DNA from: an uncultured cyanobacterium
GTDB taxonomy: Bacteria; Cyanobacteriota; Cyanobacteriia; Pseudanabaenales; Pseudanabaenaceae
Reading direction: 5' to 3'
Assembly: GCA_963703315.1 (NCBI GenBank)
Contig: OY969811.1
Coordinates: 2,624,001-2,688,000, forward strand
Length of the DNA: 64,000 nt
Below, piece after piece: positions 42,459 through 51,306 of this stretch. Within the stretch, counting starts at the first letter, position 1. Each line of letters begins with the position of its first letter. The notes under the pieces are model-generated. The model was not told where the DNA came from and searched no databases. It worked only from the letters and a program-made list of their open reading frames with translations. The position numbers and the translations under genes were made by a program.

Positions 42459-42516
42459 ACAGATTTTGCTTTAGCTTTGCGATTAGAGAGGCGGCGCAAA
42501 GCGCCGCCTCTCTAAA

Positions 42517-43728
42517 TTATATTTTCTCAGCAATATATTTAGCGATACGCGATGATGCACCTGCTTGTCCCATGCGCTCTTCGCCATTACGACTGACTTC
42601 TTGAAAGTAATCAGGATCTTGCAAAATAGAACTAACCACATCCGCTGCCTGAGCAGGTTTTTCAATCAAATTAATCGAACAACCTAATAAATCTGCCTGT
42701 TCGTTGGCAAATTTGCGGGTAAATTGGGGACCATTGCCTGCGATCGTAATCACGGGTTTACCAACTCCCACCAGTTGCTCAGTAGCAGTTCCTGCCATCG
42801 CTAACCCTAAATGACATTGATTTAAGCAATCGCTAAAGCCATCTTGCAATAAAATCAATCGCGCATTTTGGACTTTAAAAGTGGTTTCGTCAATGCGTAG
42901 CCAACCTTTTTGGATAATGCTCTGTCCAATTACTTCTAGATCTAAATCAGGGGCGATCGCCACTAAGAAATGTACATTATGGGGAATCGTGCGGGCAACG
43001 ACTTGGGCGCATAGCATTAAGGTCATCCAATTTTCGTAGGCTTCAGGCGATCGCGAACCAGGTAAAATTGCTACAACCCAATCATCTTCACCAATGCCAA
43101 AGTTAATGCCTTGGGGTTCGAGTCCATCCATCATCGAGTTACCAAGATAGACCGCAGGTAATTTAAAATCGCGATTCAAGATTTCCGCAGTTAATAAATC
43201 ACGAACAAATACCGCTTTGCAGCGATCGCTATTCATTAAGCTGCGTTCCCAAGGGAAAAAGATGGAGCCACCAAAAGGCTTTTTGACATGGGGTAAAACG
43301 CTTTTGCGATCGCGCCAATAATATTCTGATTTCGCGGTAGCCACAAACACAAAGTCACAGCCCCCAAATTTTGACGGTAACCATGCAAATAGCAATGGCA
43401 CAATATCGCCAACTGCCAAAATCAGTCGTTTCCCTCTTCTCTTTTCCCGTGACCAGTTCCAGACAAAACCGAGTTGTTTGCGAGTTAGCCCCACTAACCC
43501 ACTTTTGACATCACGGGCAAGTTGGCGGCTATCCATGCGGACAAATCCCCCTGATGGCATTGCCTGTGTTACTTGCTGAGCAATGGGGATATTTGCTTTG
43601 GTGTAGGCGTGTCCCACACCTACCATTGGCAAAGCGATCGCCGTAAATCCTAATTTTTCGAGTTCAATGCAAATACGGGTAGCGATGATATCTTCACCAT
43701 GACCATTACTAATACATAAAATTTCCAC
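42517..43728 (-). CDS. Lipid-A-disaccharide synthase-related protein (cyanobacterial glycosyltransferase-like family)
   Basis: SNGHGED, MPSGGF, LPGSR and AMAGTATEQ motifs. Confidence 0.85.
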   Translation of the reverse strand: MEILCISNGHGEDIIATRICIELEKLGFTAIALPMVGVGHAYTKANIPIAQQVTQAMPSGGFVRMDSRQLARDVKSGLVGLTRKQLGFVWNWSREKRRGKRLILAVGDIVPLLFAWLPSKFGGCDFVFVATAKSEYYWRDRKSVLPHVKKPFGGSIFFPWERSLMNSDRCKAVFVRDLLTAEILNRDFKLPAVYLGNSMMDGLEPQGINFGIGEDDWVVAILPGSRSPEAYENWMTLMLCAQVVARTIPHNVHFLVAIAPDLDLEVIGQSIIQKGWLRIDETTFKVQNARLILLQDGFSDCLNQCHLGLAMAGTATEQLVGVGKPVITIAGNGPQFTRKFANEQADLLGCSINLIEKPAQAADVVSSILQDPDYFQEVSRNGEERMGQAGASSRIAKYIAEKI

Positions 43729-44062
43729 GGGTTACCAAAAGTCTCTGATCTACAAATTCTAATTACTGCTTTTCTGCCCCATATAACAAAGTGAAAATCA
43801 GCTAAAACCCCAGAAGTGAGGGGCGGCGCTTTGCGCTGCCCCTCACTTCTGCTTTTATGTCCTAAGCAAAACTTTCTTTGCCATAGATGCAGCAAATCCA
43901 CATTGGTCTACTGTAACTTTAGTAGAAACCGCGACATTATGCTGATCGCAGTTTTCATTTTGTCGTAGGCAAACCTTAAACTTAAAACTCAAAACCTTTA
44001 CTGTGATTGTTTTTTGTTTTGCAAATGAGTGCATACTCCTTTGCAAAACGCTATAGGTCGTT

Positions 44063-44833
44063 ATGTTAAGACAAAAAATCAGCTTTTATCTTGATGATCT
44101 TGCGACACCAATCGGCAAGTTAATTAATATTGCGATCGCTTTCCTTGTCCTTGCCTCTGCCAGCAGTTTTGTCGCCCAAACCTATGAAATTGCTGAGATC
44201 ACCCGTCACAGACTGAATCTTTTGGATGACATCATCCTTTGCGTATTTGTCTTTGAATATTTTTTGCGGCTTTGGTGTGCCGAGGACAAGCTTAAATATC
44301 TGTTTAGTCTGTATGCGATTATCGATCTCGTCGTAATTTTACCCTTCTTTTTGGGAGCGATCGATGTCGCCTTTATTCGCCTACTACGCTGGTTTCGAGT
44401 TTTACGCTTGATTCGTCTCGTGGAGTCGCGATCGCTCTTTGTGAATAAGACCGAAGATATTGCCATTTTATTGCGGATTCTCTTCACCCTATTTGCGATC
44501 GTCTTTGTCTTCTCAGGTTTGGTTTATCAAATAGAACACCCTAGCAACCCTAAGTTCCATAATTTTCTTGATGCTTTCTATTTCTCAATTTTCACAATGA
44601 CTACGGTGGGCTATAGCGATGTTATGCCCAAGTCTGATGCTGGCAAACTTACCACCGTGCTGATGGTACTTACAGGAATTGCACTGATTCCTGTTCAGTT
44701 AGGAGAACTATTTAAGAGATTGATTAAGACAGCTAATCAAAGCGAGACACAACAGGTGATCTGCACTGGTTGTGGACTGTCATTACATGATGCGGATGCC
44801 CAGTTTTGTAAAGTATGTGGAACTAAACTCTAA
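44063..44833 (+). CDS. 6-TM potassium channel-like ion transporter with C-terminal zinc ribbon
   Basis: S4-like RLLRWFRVLRLIR, pore TMTTVGYSD, CTGC...CKVC. Confidence 0.88.
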   Translation: MLRQKISFYLDDLATPIGKLINIAIAFLVLASASSFVAQTYEIAEITRHRLNLLDDIILCVFVFEYFLRLWCAEDKLKYLFSLYAIIDLVVILPFFLGAIDVAFIRLLRWFRVLRLIRLVESRSLFVNKTEDIAILLRILFTLFAIVFVFSGLVYQIEHPSNPKFHNFLDAFYFSIFTMTTVGYSDVMPKSDAGKLTTVLMVLTGIALIPVQLGELFKRLIKTANQSETQQVICTGCGLSLHDADAQFCKVCGTKL

Positions 44834-45024
44834 CCACAGAATTGAGTGGCGGCGCAAAGCGCCGCCACTCAATTCTGGTTTTGATTTGTCTTAATGCAAG
44901 TGACTAAATCGATAGGACAAATGTTTTTTGACCTATCGATTTAGTTAGATGGTTGAATTGGTCTATGGTTGATCAACTGATATTGAGCATGATCACTATT
45001 GTTATCGTTAGACTTCTCTCTTTC

Positions 45025-45067
45025 GTACTAGGTGCTACAAAAGTGACCTAAAGGCGGTGCTTACTAT
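45025..45067 (+). promoter_or_regulatory. NtcA-type promoter: GTA-N8-TAC plus -10 box
   Basis: GTActaggtgcTAC at 45025-45038; TACTAT at 45062-45067 (23-nt spacer). Confidence 0.75.
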
Positions 45068-45098
45068 AAATAGAAGTTACTAAAGCCAAGGTTCGCTA

Positions 45099-46382
45099 AT
45101 GCATAACCATTATTCTGTAATCATCGTTGGTGGTGGTCAGGCAGGACTCTCCATGAGCTATTGCTTAAAGGAAAGAGAAATTGACCACATTGTGTTTGAG
45201 AAAAATCGCATCGGACATTCATGGCGCGATCGCCGATGGGATTCTTTTTGCTTGGTGACTCCCAACTGGCAATGTCAGCTTCCGGGCTATCACTACAATG
45301 GCAGTGATCCCAATGGATTCATGCAAAAAGATGAAATCGTGAAATATATTGAGGAATATGCCGCTTCCTTTTCACCGCCGATCAAAGAAGGTGTCGAGGT
45401 TTTAAAAGTAACTAAAAATGATGCCTTGAATGTATTTGAAATCAATACGACGATTGGTGATTTCACTGCCGATCAGGTGGTAATTGCAGTGGGAGGCTAC
45501 CATAACCCGAAGCTACCACGTATTGCTGAGAGATTTCCTGCAAATATCATGCAGTTGCATTCTTCTCAATACCAAAATCCTGAATCTTTGCCTGACGGTG
45601 CGGTGCTGGTAGTTGGGACTGGGCAATCGGGCTGTCAGATTGCGGAAGATTTGCACCTCGCAGGTAAGCAAGTCCATTTATGTGTGGGCAGTGCGCCGCG
45701 ATCGCCTCGTCGCTATCGGGGTAAAGATGTCGTGGATTGGCTCGCGCAAATGGGCTATTACGACCTAGCGATCGATGAGCATCCGCAAAAAGAGAAGGTC
45801 AGAGCTAAAGCTAATCATTATGTGACAGGGCGTGATGGTGGTCGGGAGATAAATCTGCGCCAGTTTGCGATCGAAGGAATGCAACTGCATGGCAGATTGA
45901 AAGCTATTCATAATAGCAAGTTGGAATTCTTTGATGATTTAGTCCAGAACCTTGATAGTGCTGATGCAGTGGCGGAAAGCATCAAGAAAACTATTGATGG
46001 ATTTATTGACAAGAACCAGATTGCAGCACCGATTGATCCGCCTTATCAACCAGTATGGCAACCTCAAGAATCCATCTTAGCGATCGATTTTGTGAAAGCA
46101 AATATTAGTGTCGTGATTTGGTGTACTGGCTATCATACGGACTTTAGCTGGATTGAGATTCCTGTGTTTGATGGCAAGGGCTATCCCGGACATAAGCGTG
46201 GTGTGACAGATGTCAGTGGTTTCTACTTCTTAGGATTGCCTTGGCTATACACTTGGGGCTCGGGGCGATTCTCAGGAATTGCGAGGGATGCTAACTATTT
46301 AGCTGATGGCATGATCTCCAAGAAGAAAGCTTCCTCTTCTAGTGCTTGGAGCATTGTCAATGAATTTCTCATTGGTTCGTAA
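45099..46382 (+). CDS. MSMEG_0569 family flavin-dependent oxidoreductase
   Basis: GGGQAG, RWDSFCLVTPNWQC and VGTGQSGCQIAEDL motifs; Nit1C context. Confidence 0.88.
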   Translation: MHNHYSVIIVGGGQAGLSMSYCLKEREIDHIVFEKNRIGHSWRDRRWDSFCLVTPNWQCQLPGYHYNGSDPNGFMQKDEIVKYIEEYAASFSPPIKEGVEVLKVTKNDALNVFEINTTIGDFTADQVVIAVGGYHNPKLPRIAERFPANIMQLHSSQYQNPESLPDGAVLVVGTGQSGCQIAEDLHLAGKQVHLCVGSAPRSPRRYRGKDVVDWLAQMGYYDLAIDEHPQKEKVRAKANHYVTGRDGGREINLRQFAIEGMQLHGRLKAIHNSKLEFFDDLVQNLDSADAVAESIKKTIDGFIDKNQIAAPIDPPYQPVWQPQESILAIDFVKANISVVIWCTGYHTDFSWIEIPVFDGKGYPGHKRGVTDVSGFYFLGLPWLYTWGSGRFSGIARDANYLADGMISKKKASSSSAWSIVNEFLIGS

Positions 46383-46499
46383 CATCAGCTACAACAAATT
46401 CACAAACTAGCGATTTCGCTAGGTGATTTAGATGGATTTTGGTTGATTGCTGACATTGCGATCGCCATCCCTATACATATGAATAGACTTCGATCTTCC

Positions 46500-46542
46500 G
46501 TATTCAGTGTTACAAAACACCTTGTGAGAGAGCGCTTAATCT
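46500..46542 (+). promoter_or_regulatory. NtcA-type promoter: GTA-N8-TAC plus -10 box
   Basis: GTAttcagtgtTAC at 46500-46513; TAATCT at 46537-46542 (23-nt spacer). Confidence 0.78.
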
Positions 46543-46587
46543 GGCTTTCATCAAGCAATACCAATCATCAAACTAAGGATACATATC

Positions 46588-47070
46588 ATGCCTCAAGTTA
46601 CAGCGCCTGCTCATCAAACTGGTGACTTTTTTGTTGATTACGAAGAGAAAGTATTTCCTGATGTCAAAGCCGAAGCTGGAGAGAAAGCATTAGTAACTTT
46701 CCATACAGTTGCTTTTGAAGGTTCGATTGGTTTTGTGAACTTACTCCAAGCAACTCGCTTACAGCGTAAAGGTTTTGAGACTTCTATTTTACTCTATGGT
46801 CCTGGGGTAACTCTGGGGGTACAACGTGGTTTTCCAAAATTGGGCGATGCTGCTTTCCCTGGACATCAGAACTTCAACGAGCAAATCACTAAATTTATGT
46901 CCGAAGGTGGCAAGGTTTATGCTTGTCGTTTCGCATTGCAAGCACTCTATGGTCACGGTGAAACTTCCCTCATTCCGGGAATCCGCCCCATTAGTCCCCT
47001 AGATGTATTGGATATCATGCTTATGCACCGCAAGGATGGCGCTTTCATTTTAGATACTTGGACTCTCTAA
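46588..47070 (+). CDS. MSMEG_0572/Sll0783 family nitrogen starvation response protein
   Basis: [30 protein letters not shown] and YACRFAL motifs. Confidence 0.9.
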   Translation: MPQVTAPAHQTGDFFVDYEEKVFPDVKAEAGEKALVTFHTVAFEGSIGFVNLLQATRLQRKGFETSILLYGPGVTLGVQRGFPKLGDAAFPGHQNFNEQITKFMSEGGKVYACRFALQALYGHGETSLIPGIRPISPLDVLDIMLMHRKDGAFILDTWTL

Positions 47071-47080
47071 GGAACTTTTT

Positions 47081-48052
47081 ATGGACTATTCACGCATAGT
47101 TAGAGCTGCTGCCGTTCAAATTAGCCCCGTTTTGTTTAGTCGTGATGGTACGACGGAGAAAGTTCTCGATGCGATCGCTAAAGCATCTAAAGAAGGCGCT
47201 CAACTGGTTGTATTTCCAGAAACATTTATCCCTTACTACCCCTACTTTTCCTTTGTGCAGCCACCTGTTTTGATGGGTAAAGAACATATGCGTCTTTACG
47301 AAGAAGCGGTGACAGTACCAAGTCCTGTAACTGAGGCGGTGAGTAATGCGGCAAAATCCTATGGCATTGTTGTGGTGCTAGGGATAAATGAGCGTGATCA
47401 TGGTTCGCTGTATAACACACAGCTTATCTTTGATGCTGACGGCACATTGGTGTTAAAGCGCCGCAAAATTACGCCGACCTATCACGAACGGATGGTTTGG
47501 GGACAGGGCGACGGTGCGGGTCTAACTGTGGTGGATACGGCTGTGGGCAAAGTTGGGGCTTTAGCTTGCTGGGAGCATTACAATCCTCTAGCAAGATATG
47601 CGTTGATGGCACAACATGAGCAAATCCATTGCGCTCAGTTCCCCGGTTCCTTAGTTGGGCAGATTTTCACCGATCAGATTGAGGTGACAATTCGCCATCA
47701 TGCTTTGGAGTCAGGGTGCTTTGTGATTAATTCTACGGGCTGGCTATCACCTGAACAGGTCGCTCAGATTACAACTGACGAGAAGTTACAGAAAGTACTG
47801 AGTGGTGGTTGCAACACAGCAATTATTGGACCAGAGGGCAATCATCTCTGTCCACCCATTACGGAAGGTGAAGGTATCGTGATCGCCGATCTAGATTTCT
47901 CGCTGATCACTAAGCGAAAGCGGATGATGGATTCGGTTGGTCACTATGCCCGTCCTGAGTTGCTGCAATTACATCTCAACTCTAGTGCTGCATCAGTAAT
48001 GACAGAGCAGTTACCTGAAGTGCTAGGAGATCTAGAAATTCCGATTGCTTAA
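47081..48052 (+). CDS. Nit6803 (Sll0784)-type nitrilase
   Basis: Catalytic triad contexts [14 protein letters not shown] and LACWEHYNP. Confidence 0.93.
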   Translation: MDYSRIVRAAAVQISPVLFSRDGTTEKVLDAIAKASKEGAQLVVFPETFIPYYPYFSFVQPPVLMGKEHMRLYEEAVTVPSPVTEAVSNAAKSYGIVVVLGINERDHGSLYNTQLIFDADGTLVLKRRKITPTYHERMVWGQGDGAGLTVVDTAVGKVGALACWEHYNPLARYALMAQHEQIHCAQFPGSLVGQIFTDQIEVTIRHHALESGCFVINSTGWLSPEQVAQITTDEKLQKVLSGGCNTAIIGPEGNHLCPPITEGEGIVIADLDFSLITKRKRMMDSVGHYARPELLQLHLNSSAASVMTEQLPEVLGDLEIPIA

Positions 48053-48090
48053 TTTCTCTCTACTACTCTTTTTAAATAAAATTCAAATCA

Positions 48091-48519
48091 ATGGAACTCA
48101 AGCCGCCCTTACCTCCTTTTACTCTAGAAACTGCGATCGCCAAAGTGCAAGCCGCCGAAGATGCTTGGAATACTCGCGATCCTGCTCGAGTTGCTTTAGC
48201 CTATACCGAAGATTCTCAATGGCGGAATCGGGCGGAATTTTTTAGCGGACGGGAGGCGATTCGGGAATTTCTCAAGCGTAAATGGGCGAAGGAGATGGAC
48301 TACCGCCTCAAAAAAGAACTTTGGAGTTTCACCGATAACCGCATATCCGTACGCTTTGAATATGAGTGGCACGATGACTCTGGTTATTGGTATCGCGCCT
48401 ACGGGAATGAGCAGTGGGAATTTGCGGAAAATGGGCTGATGCGACGACGGGAAGCCAGTATTAATGATGTTCTCATTCAAGAATCGGAACGTAAGTTTCG
48501 CTGGGAGCGTAAGTCCTAA
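48091..48519 (+). CDS. DUF1348 / NTF2-like (SnoaL-like) protein
   Basis: PPLPPFT...[16 protein letters not shown] and YGNEQWEF motifs. Confidence 0.88.
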   Translation: MELKPPLPPFTLETAIAKVQAAEDAWNTRDPARVALAYTEDSQWRNRAEFFSGREAIREFLKRKWAKEMDYRLKKELWSFTDNRISVRFEYEWHDDSGYWYRAYGNEQWEFAENGLMRRREASINDVLIQESERKFRWERKS

Positions 48520-49611
48520 ATGAACAAGCAACAGCTAATTACCGATATTCAAACTCAGGGATTGAGTTGGGTGGAGCCGAATGTGGGTGTAGCGGGTCGT
48601 AAAGGTGGTGCGGGACCTTCTGACCATAAGGCGGTCACAATTGACGGTACGACGGTGATGGTTCCTATTTACACTGGCTCATCGGCGCGATCGCCTTATA
48701 AGGCAACAATCAATCCCGATACTGAGCAATTAGTCCTCCATTTAGACGATCTCGAAGTGCTACCGATCGCCTTTCCGCAGGAGCCAAAGTTCTATAGCCT
48801 GACCACAGCAGATGGTATTCCCTATCGCAAAATTGCCCTATTGCATAGCCGAGATGTCCTTGCGACAACGGTTTTGCAAACCTGTATGCGATACAACAAT
48901 ACGGAAACTTCCTGTCAATTTTGTGCGATCGGTGCATCTCTAGAGGCAGGTCGCACGATCGCCAGAAAAACTCCTGCTCAACTTGCGGAAGTGACCGAAG
49001 CAGCCGTGCGTCTTGACGGAGTTAAGCATCTGGTTATGACCACAGGTACACCAAATACTAGCGATCGCGGTGCAGCATATTTAACGGAATGTGCGCGGGC
49101 AATTAAAGCAAAGGTGGATATTCCGATTCAGGCACAATGCGAACCGCCCGATGATTTTATCTGGTTCGATCGCATGAAGGAGGCAGGAATTGATACTTTA
49201 GGAATGCATTTAGAAGCCGCCGATCCAGAGGTGCGATCGCGCATTATGGCAGGTAAAGCTTCTGTACCCATCGCATATTATTTTGAAGCCTTTGCGGCGG
49301 CGGTGAAAGTCTTTGGTTGGGGACAGGTTAGCACCTATTTGCTGGCTGGGTTGGGTGATAGTTTTGAAACTCTTGTGGAAATTAGCGATCGCCTAATTAA
49401 TTGTGGTGTCTATCCATTTGTAGTTCCCTTTGTGCCGATCTCTGGCACGCCCTTAGCCAATCACCCTGCACCGAAGAGTGAGTTTATGTTTGCCCTTTAC
49501 GAAAAAATTGGTGCGATGCTCAGAGAAGCGGGAATGTTTTCCGCCGATATGAAAGCAGGTTGCGGCAAGTGCGGTGCTTGTTCGGCGCTTTCTACTTTTG
49601 AAAAGTTATAG
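48520..49611 (+). CDS. MSMEG_0568 family radical SAM protein
   Basis: RKGGAGPSDHKA, C-x9-C-x2-C (CMRYNNTETSCQFC) and C-terminal CGKCGAC. Confidence 0.9.
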   Translation: MNKQQLITDIQTQGLSWVEPNVGVAGRKGGAGPSDHKAVTIDGTTVMVPIYTGSSARSPYKATINPDTEQLVLHLDDLEVLPIAFPQEPKFYSLTTADGIPYRKIALLHSRDVLATTVLQTCMRYNNTETSCQFCAIGASLEAGRTIARKTPAQLAEVTEAAVRLDGVKHLVMTTGTPNTSDRGAAYLTECARAIKAKVDIPIQAQCEPPDDFIWFDRMKEAGIDTLGMHLEAADPEVRSRIMAGKASVPIAYYFEAFAAAVKVFGWGQVSTYLLAGLGDSFETLVEISDRLINCGVYPFVVPFVPISGTPLANHPAPKSEFMFALYEKIGAMLREAGMFSADMKAGCGKCGACSALSTFEKL

Positions 49612-49622
49612 AAAACAACAAT

Positions 49623-50129
49623 ATGTCCCAATCCTATATATTTAAACTGGCAACCTCTCCTCAAGAAATAAAAGCATACTTCGATTTAAGAAGAGCGATC
49701 TTTGTGGAAGAGCAGGATGTATTTGAAGAAGATGACTTTGATGATATCGATCAGAAAGCTTATCCAATCGTCGCCATTGAACCTACTAGCGATCGCGTTG
49801 TGGGCGTAGTCCGCATTTACGAAGTGCAACCTAGACTTTGGTATGGTGGCAGATTGGGAACTCATCCCGAATTTCGCCGTGGTTGGCAGATTGGCAAGGG
49901 CTTAATCCATAAGGCAGTTACTACTGCGAATACTTGGGGTTGCGATCGCTTTTTGGCAACCGTACAATTACAGAACGTGCGCTTTTTCCAACGCTTGCAT
50001 TGGGAATCCCTAAACGAAATGACGATTTGCGATCGCCCACATCATTTAATGGAAGCCGATCTTAACTTCTATCCTGCGGCGATGGAATTATGTCCTAGTC
50101 TACTACGTCAAGATCTTAAGGTGTCTTGA
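49623..50129 (+). CDS. MSMEG_0567/Sll0786 family GNAT N-acetyltransferase
   Basis: LRRAIFVEEQ, WYGGRL and FLATVQ.QNV.FF..LHW motifs. Confidence 0.88.
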   Translation: MSQSYIFKLATSPQEIKAYFDLRRAIFVEEQDVFEEDDFDDIDQKAYPIVAIEPTSDRVVGVVRIYEVQPRLWYGGRLGTHPEFRRGWQIGKGLIHKAVTTANTWGCDRFLATVQLQNVRFFQRLHWESLNEMTICDRPHHLMEADLNFYPAAMELCPSLLRQDLKVS

Positions 50130-51091
50130 TGCTGTCAGAATTGGTGACCAGATTAAAGCGATCGCTAAGTTTACCGCAAAAACAGGATATTCAAACGGCT
50201 GCAAAAGCACTATATCAAGGATGGCAACCTGAAACATGGCAAAGCGATCGGGTTCTAGTGGGCGATGATTGTGCGGCAATTCCCGATGGTGATGGCTACT
50301 TGCTATTTGCGGCGGAGGGAATGTTGCCGAAGCTGATTGAAACCGATCCTTGGTTTGCGGGTTGGTGTGCGGTGATGGTGAATGTTAGTGATATCTACGC
50401 GATGGGCGGTACACCAATCGCTGTTGTCGATAGCATTTGGAGTCAATCTCGTGAACAGACAGATCCCTTATGGGAAGGAATGAAGGCTGCATCTCTTGCC
50501 TATCAAGTTCCCATTGTTGGTGGTCATACTAACTGTCATAGTCCCTACGCTGCTTTGTCAGTAGCGATCTTAGGACGCGCCCAACATCTGATTACTAGTT
50601 TCAATGCGAAGCCGAATGATTTGCTGATTATGGCAACAGATTTTCGTGGTAAATCTCATCCTGATTATGCTTTTTGGAATGCTGCGACCACTGCCGAGCC
50701 TTCTCAATTACGACAAAATCTAGCTATATTACCGAAACTGGCAGCGAACGGATGGTGTGATGCGGGGAAAGACATCAGTATGGGTGGACTGATCGGTACG
50801 TTATTGATGCTTTTAGAAACCTCTGAATGTGGTGCAATTCTCGATCTTGATCGGATTCCCTTTCCTGATTCACTTTATCTCGAAAAATGGCTAACTTCAT
50901 TTCCTAGTTATGGATTTCTCTTGAGCATTCGTCCTGAACATTTAGCTAAGGTGCAAGTGGAATTTGCAGAGCAGGATTTAGTCTGTGCAGTGGTTGGAGA
51001 AGTACAAGCATCCAAGAAGTTAATTTTGCGATCGCAATCAGAAGCTGCTCTATTTTGGGATTTTGATCATGAGGCTTTAACGGGATTTTAA
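50126..51091 (+). CDS. Sll0787 family AIR synthase-like protein
   Basis: VGDDCAAIPDG, VNVSDIYAMGG, VGGHTN and KDISMGG motifs. Confidence 0.88.
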   Translation: MMLSELVTRLKRSLSLPQKQDIQTAAKALYQGWQPETWQSDRVLVGDDCAAIPDGDGYLLFAAEGMLPKLIETDPWFAGWCAVMVNVSDIYAMGGTPIAVVDSIWSQSREQTDPLWEGMKAASLAYQVPIVGGHTNCHSPYAALSVAILGRAQHLITSFNAKPNDLLIMATDFRGKSHPDYAFWNAATTAEPSQLRQNLAILPKLAANGWCDAGKDISMGGLIGTLLMLLETSECGAILDLDRIPFPDSLYLEKWLTSFPSYGFLLSIRPEHLAKVQVEFAEQDLVCAVVGEVQASKKLILRSQSEAALFWDFDHEALTGF

Positions 51092-51127
51092 ATTGCGCCA
51101 TAGTTTTTAAATTGTGAAACGATATCT

Positions 51128-51231
51128 TAAGTAGCTGGGCATAATTAAAAACCAGAGCCAAAACCTGTGGCGCACGCGCAGCGTGCGCCACAGGTTTTGG
51201 GGTTTTATATTTAATTGCGCCCAGATACTTA
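51128..51231. mobile_element. MITE-like element with TAAGTA(G/T)CTGGGC termini and internal triloop hairpin
   Basis: taagtagctgggcataattaa ... ttaattgcgcccagatactta around ccaaaacctgtggcgcacgc-gca-gcgtgcgccacaggttttgg. Confidence 0.68.
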
Positions 51232-51306
51232 GTAGGTTTGGCTGATGTATTTTGTTAGAATACATGAAGTTTTACTTAAGAATTTATCTTTCTATATAAC
51301 TAAGGT

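Noticed and set aside
46443..46625. 60-aa ORF upstream of the Sll0783-like gene as a possible RiPP precursor for the radical SAM enzyme
   Set aside because: Non-ATG start, spans the NtcA promoter, overlaps the next gene out of frame, and has no precursor-like features.
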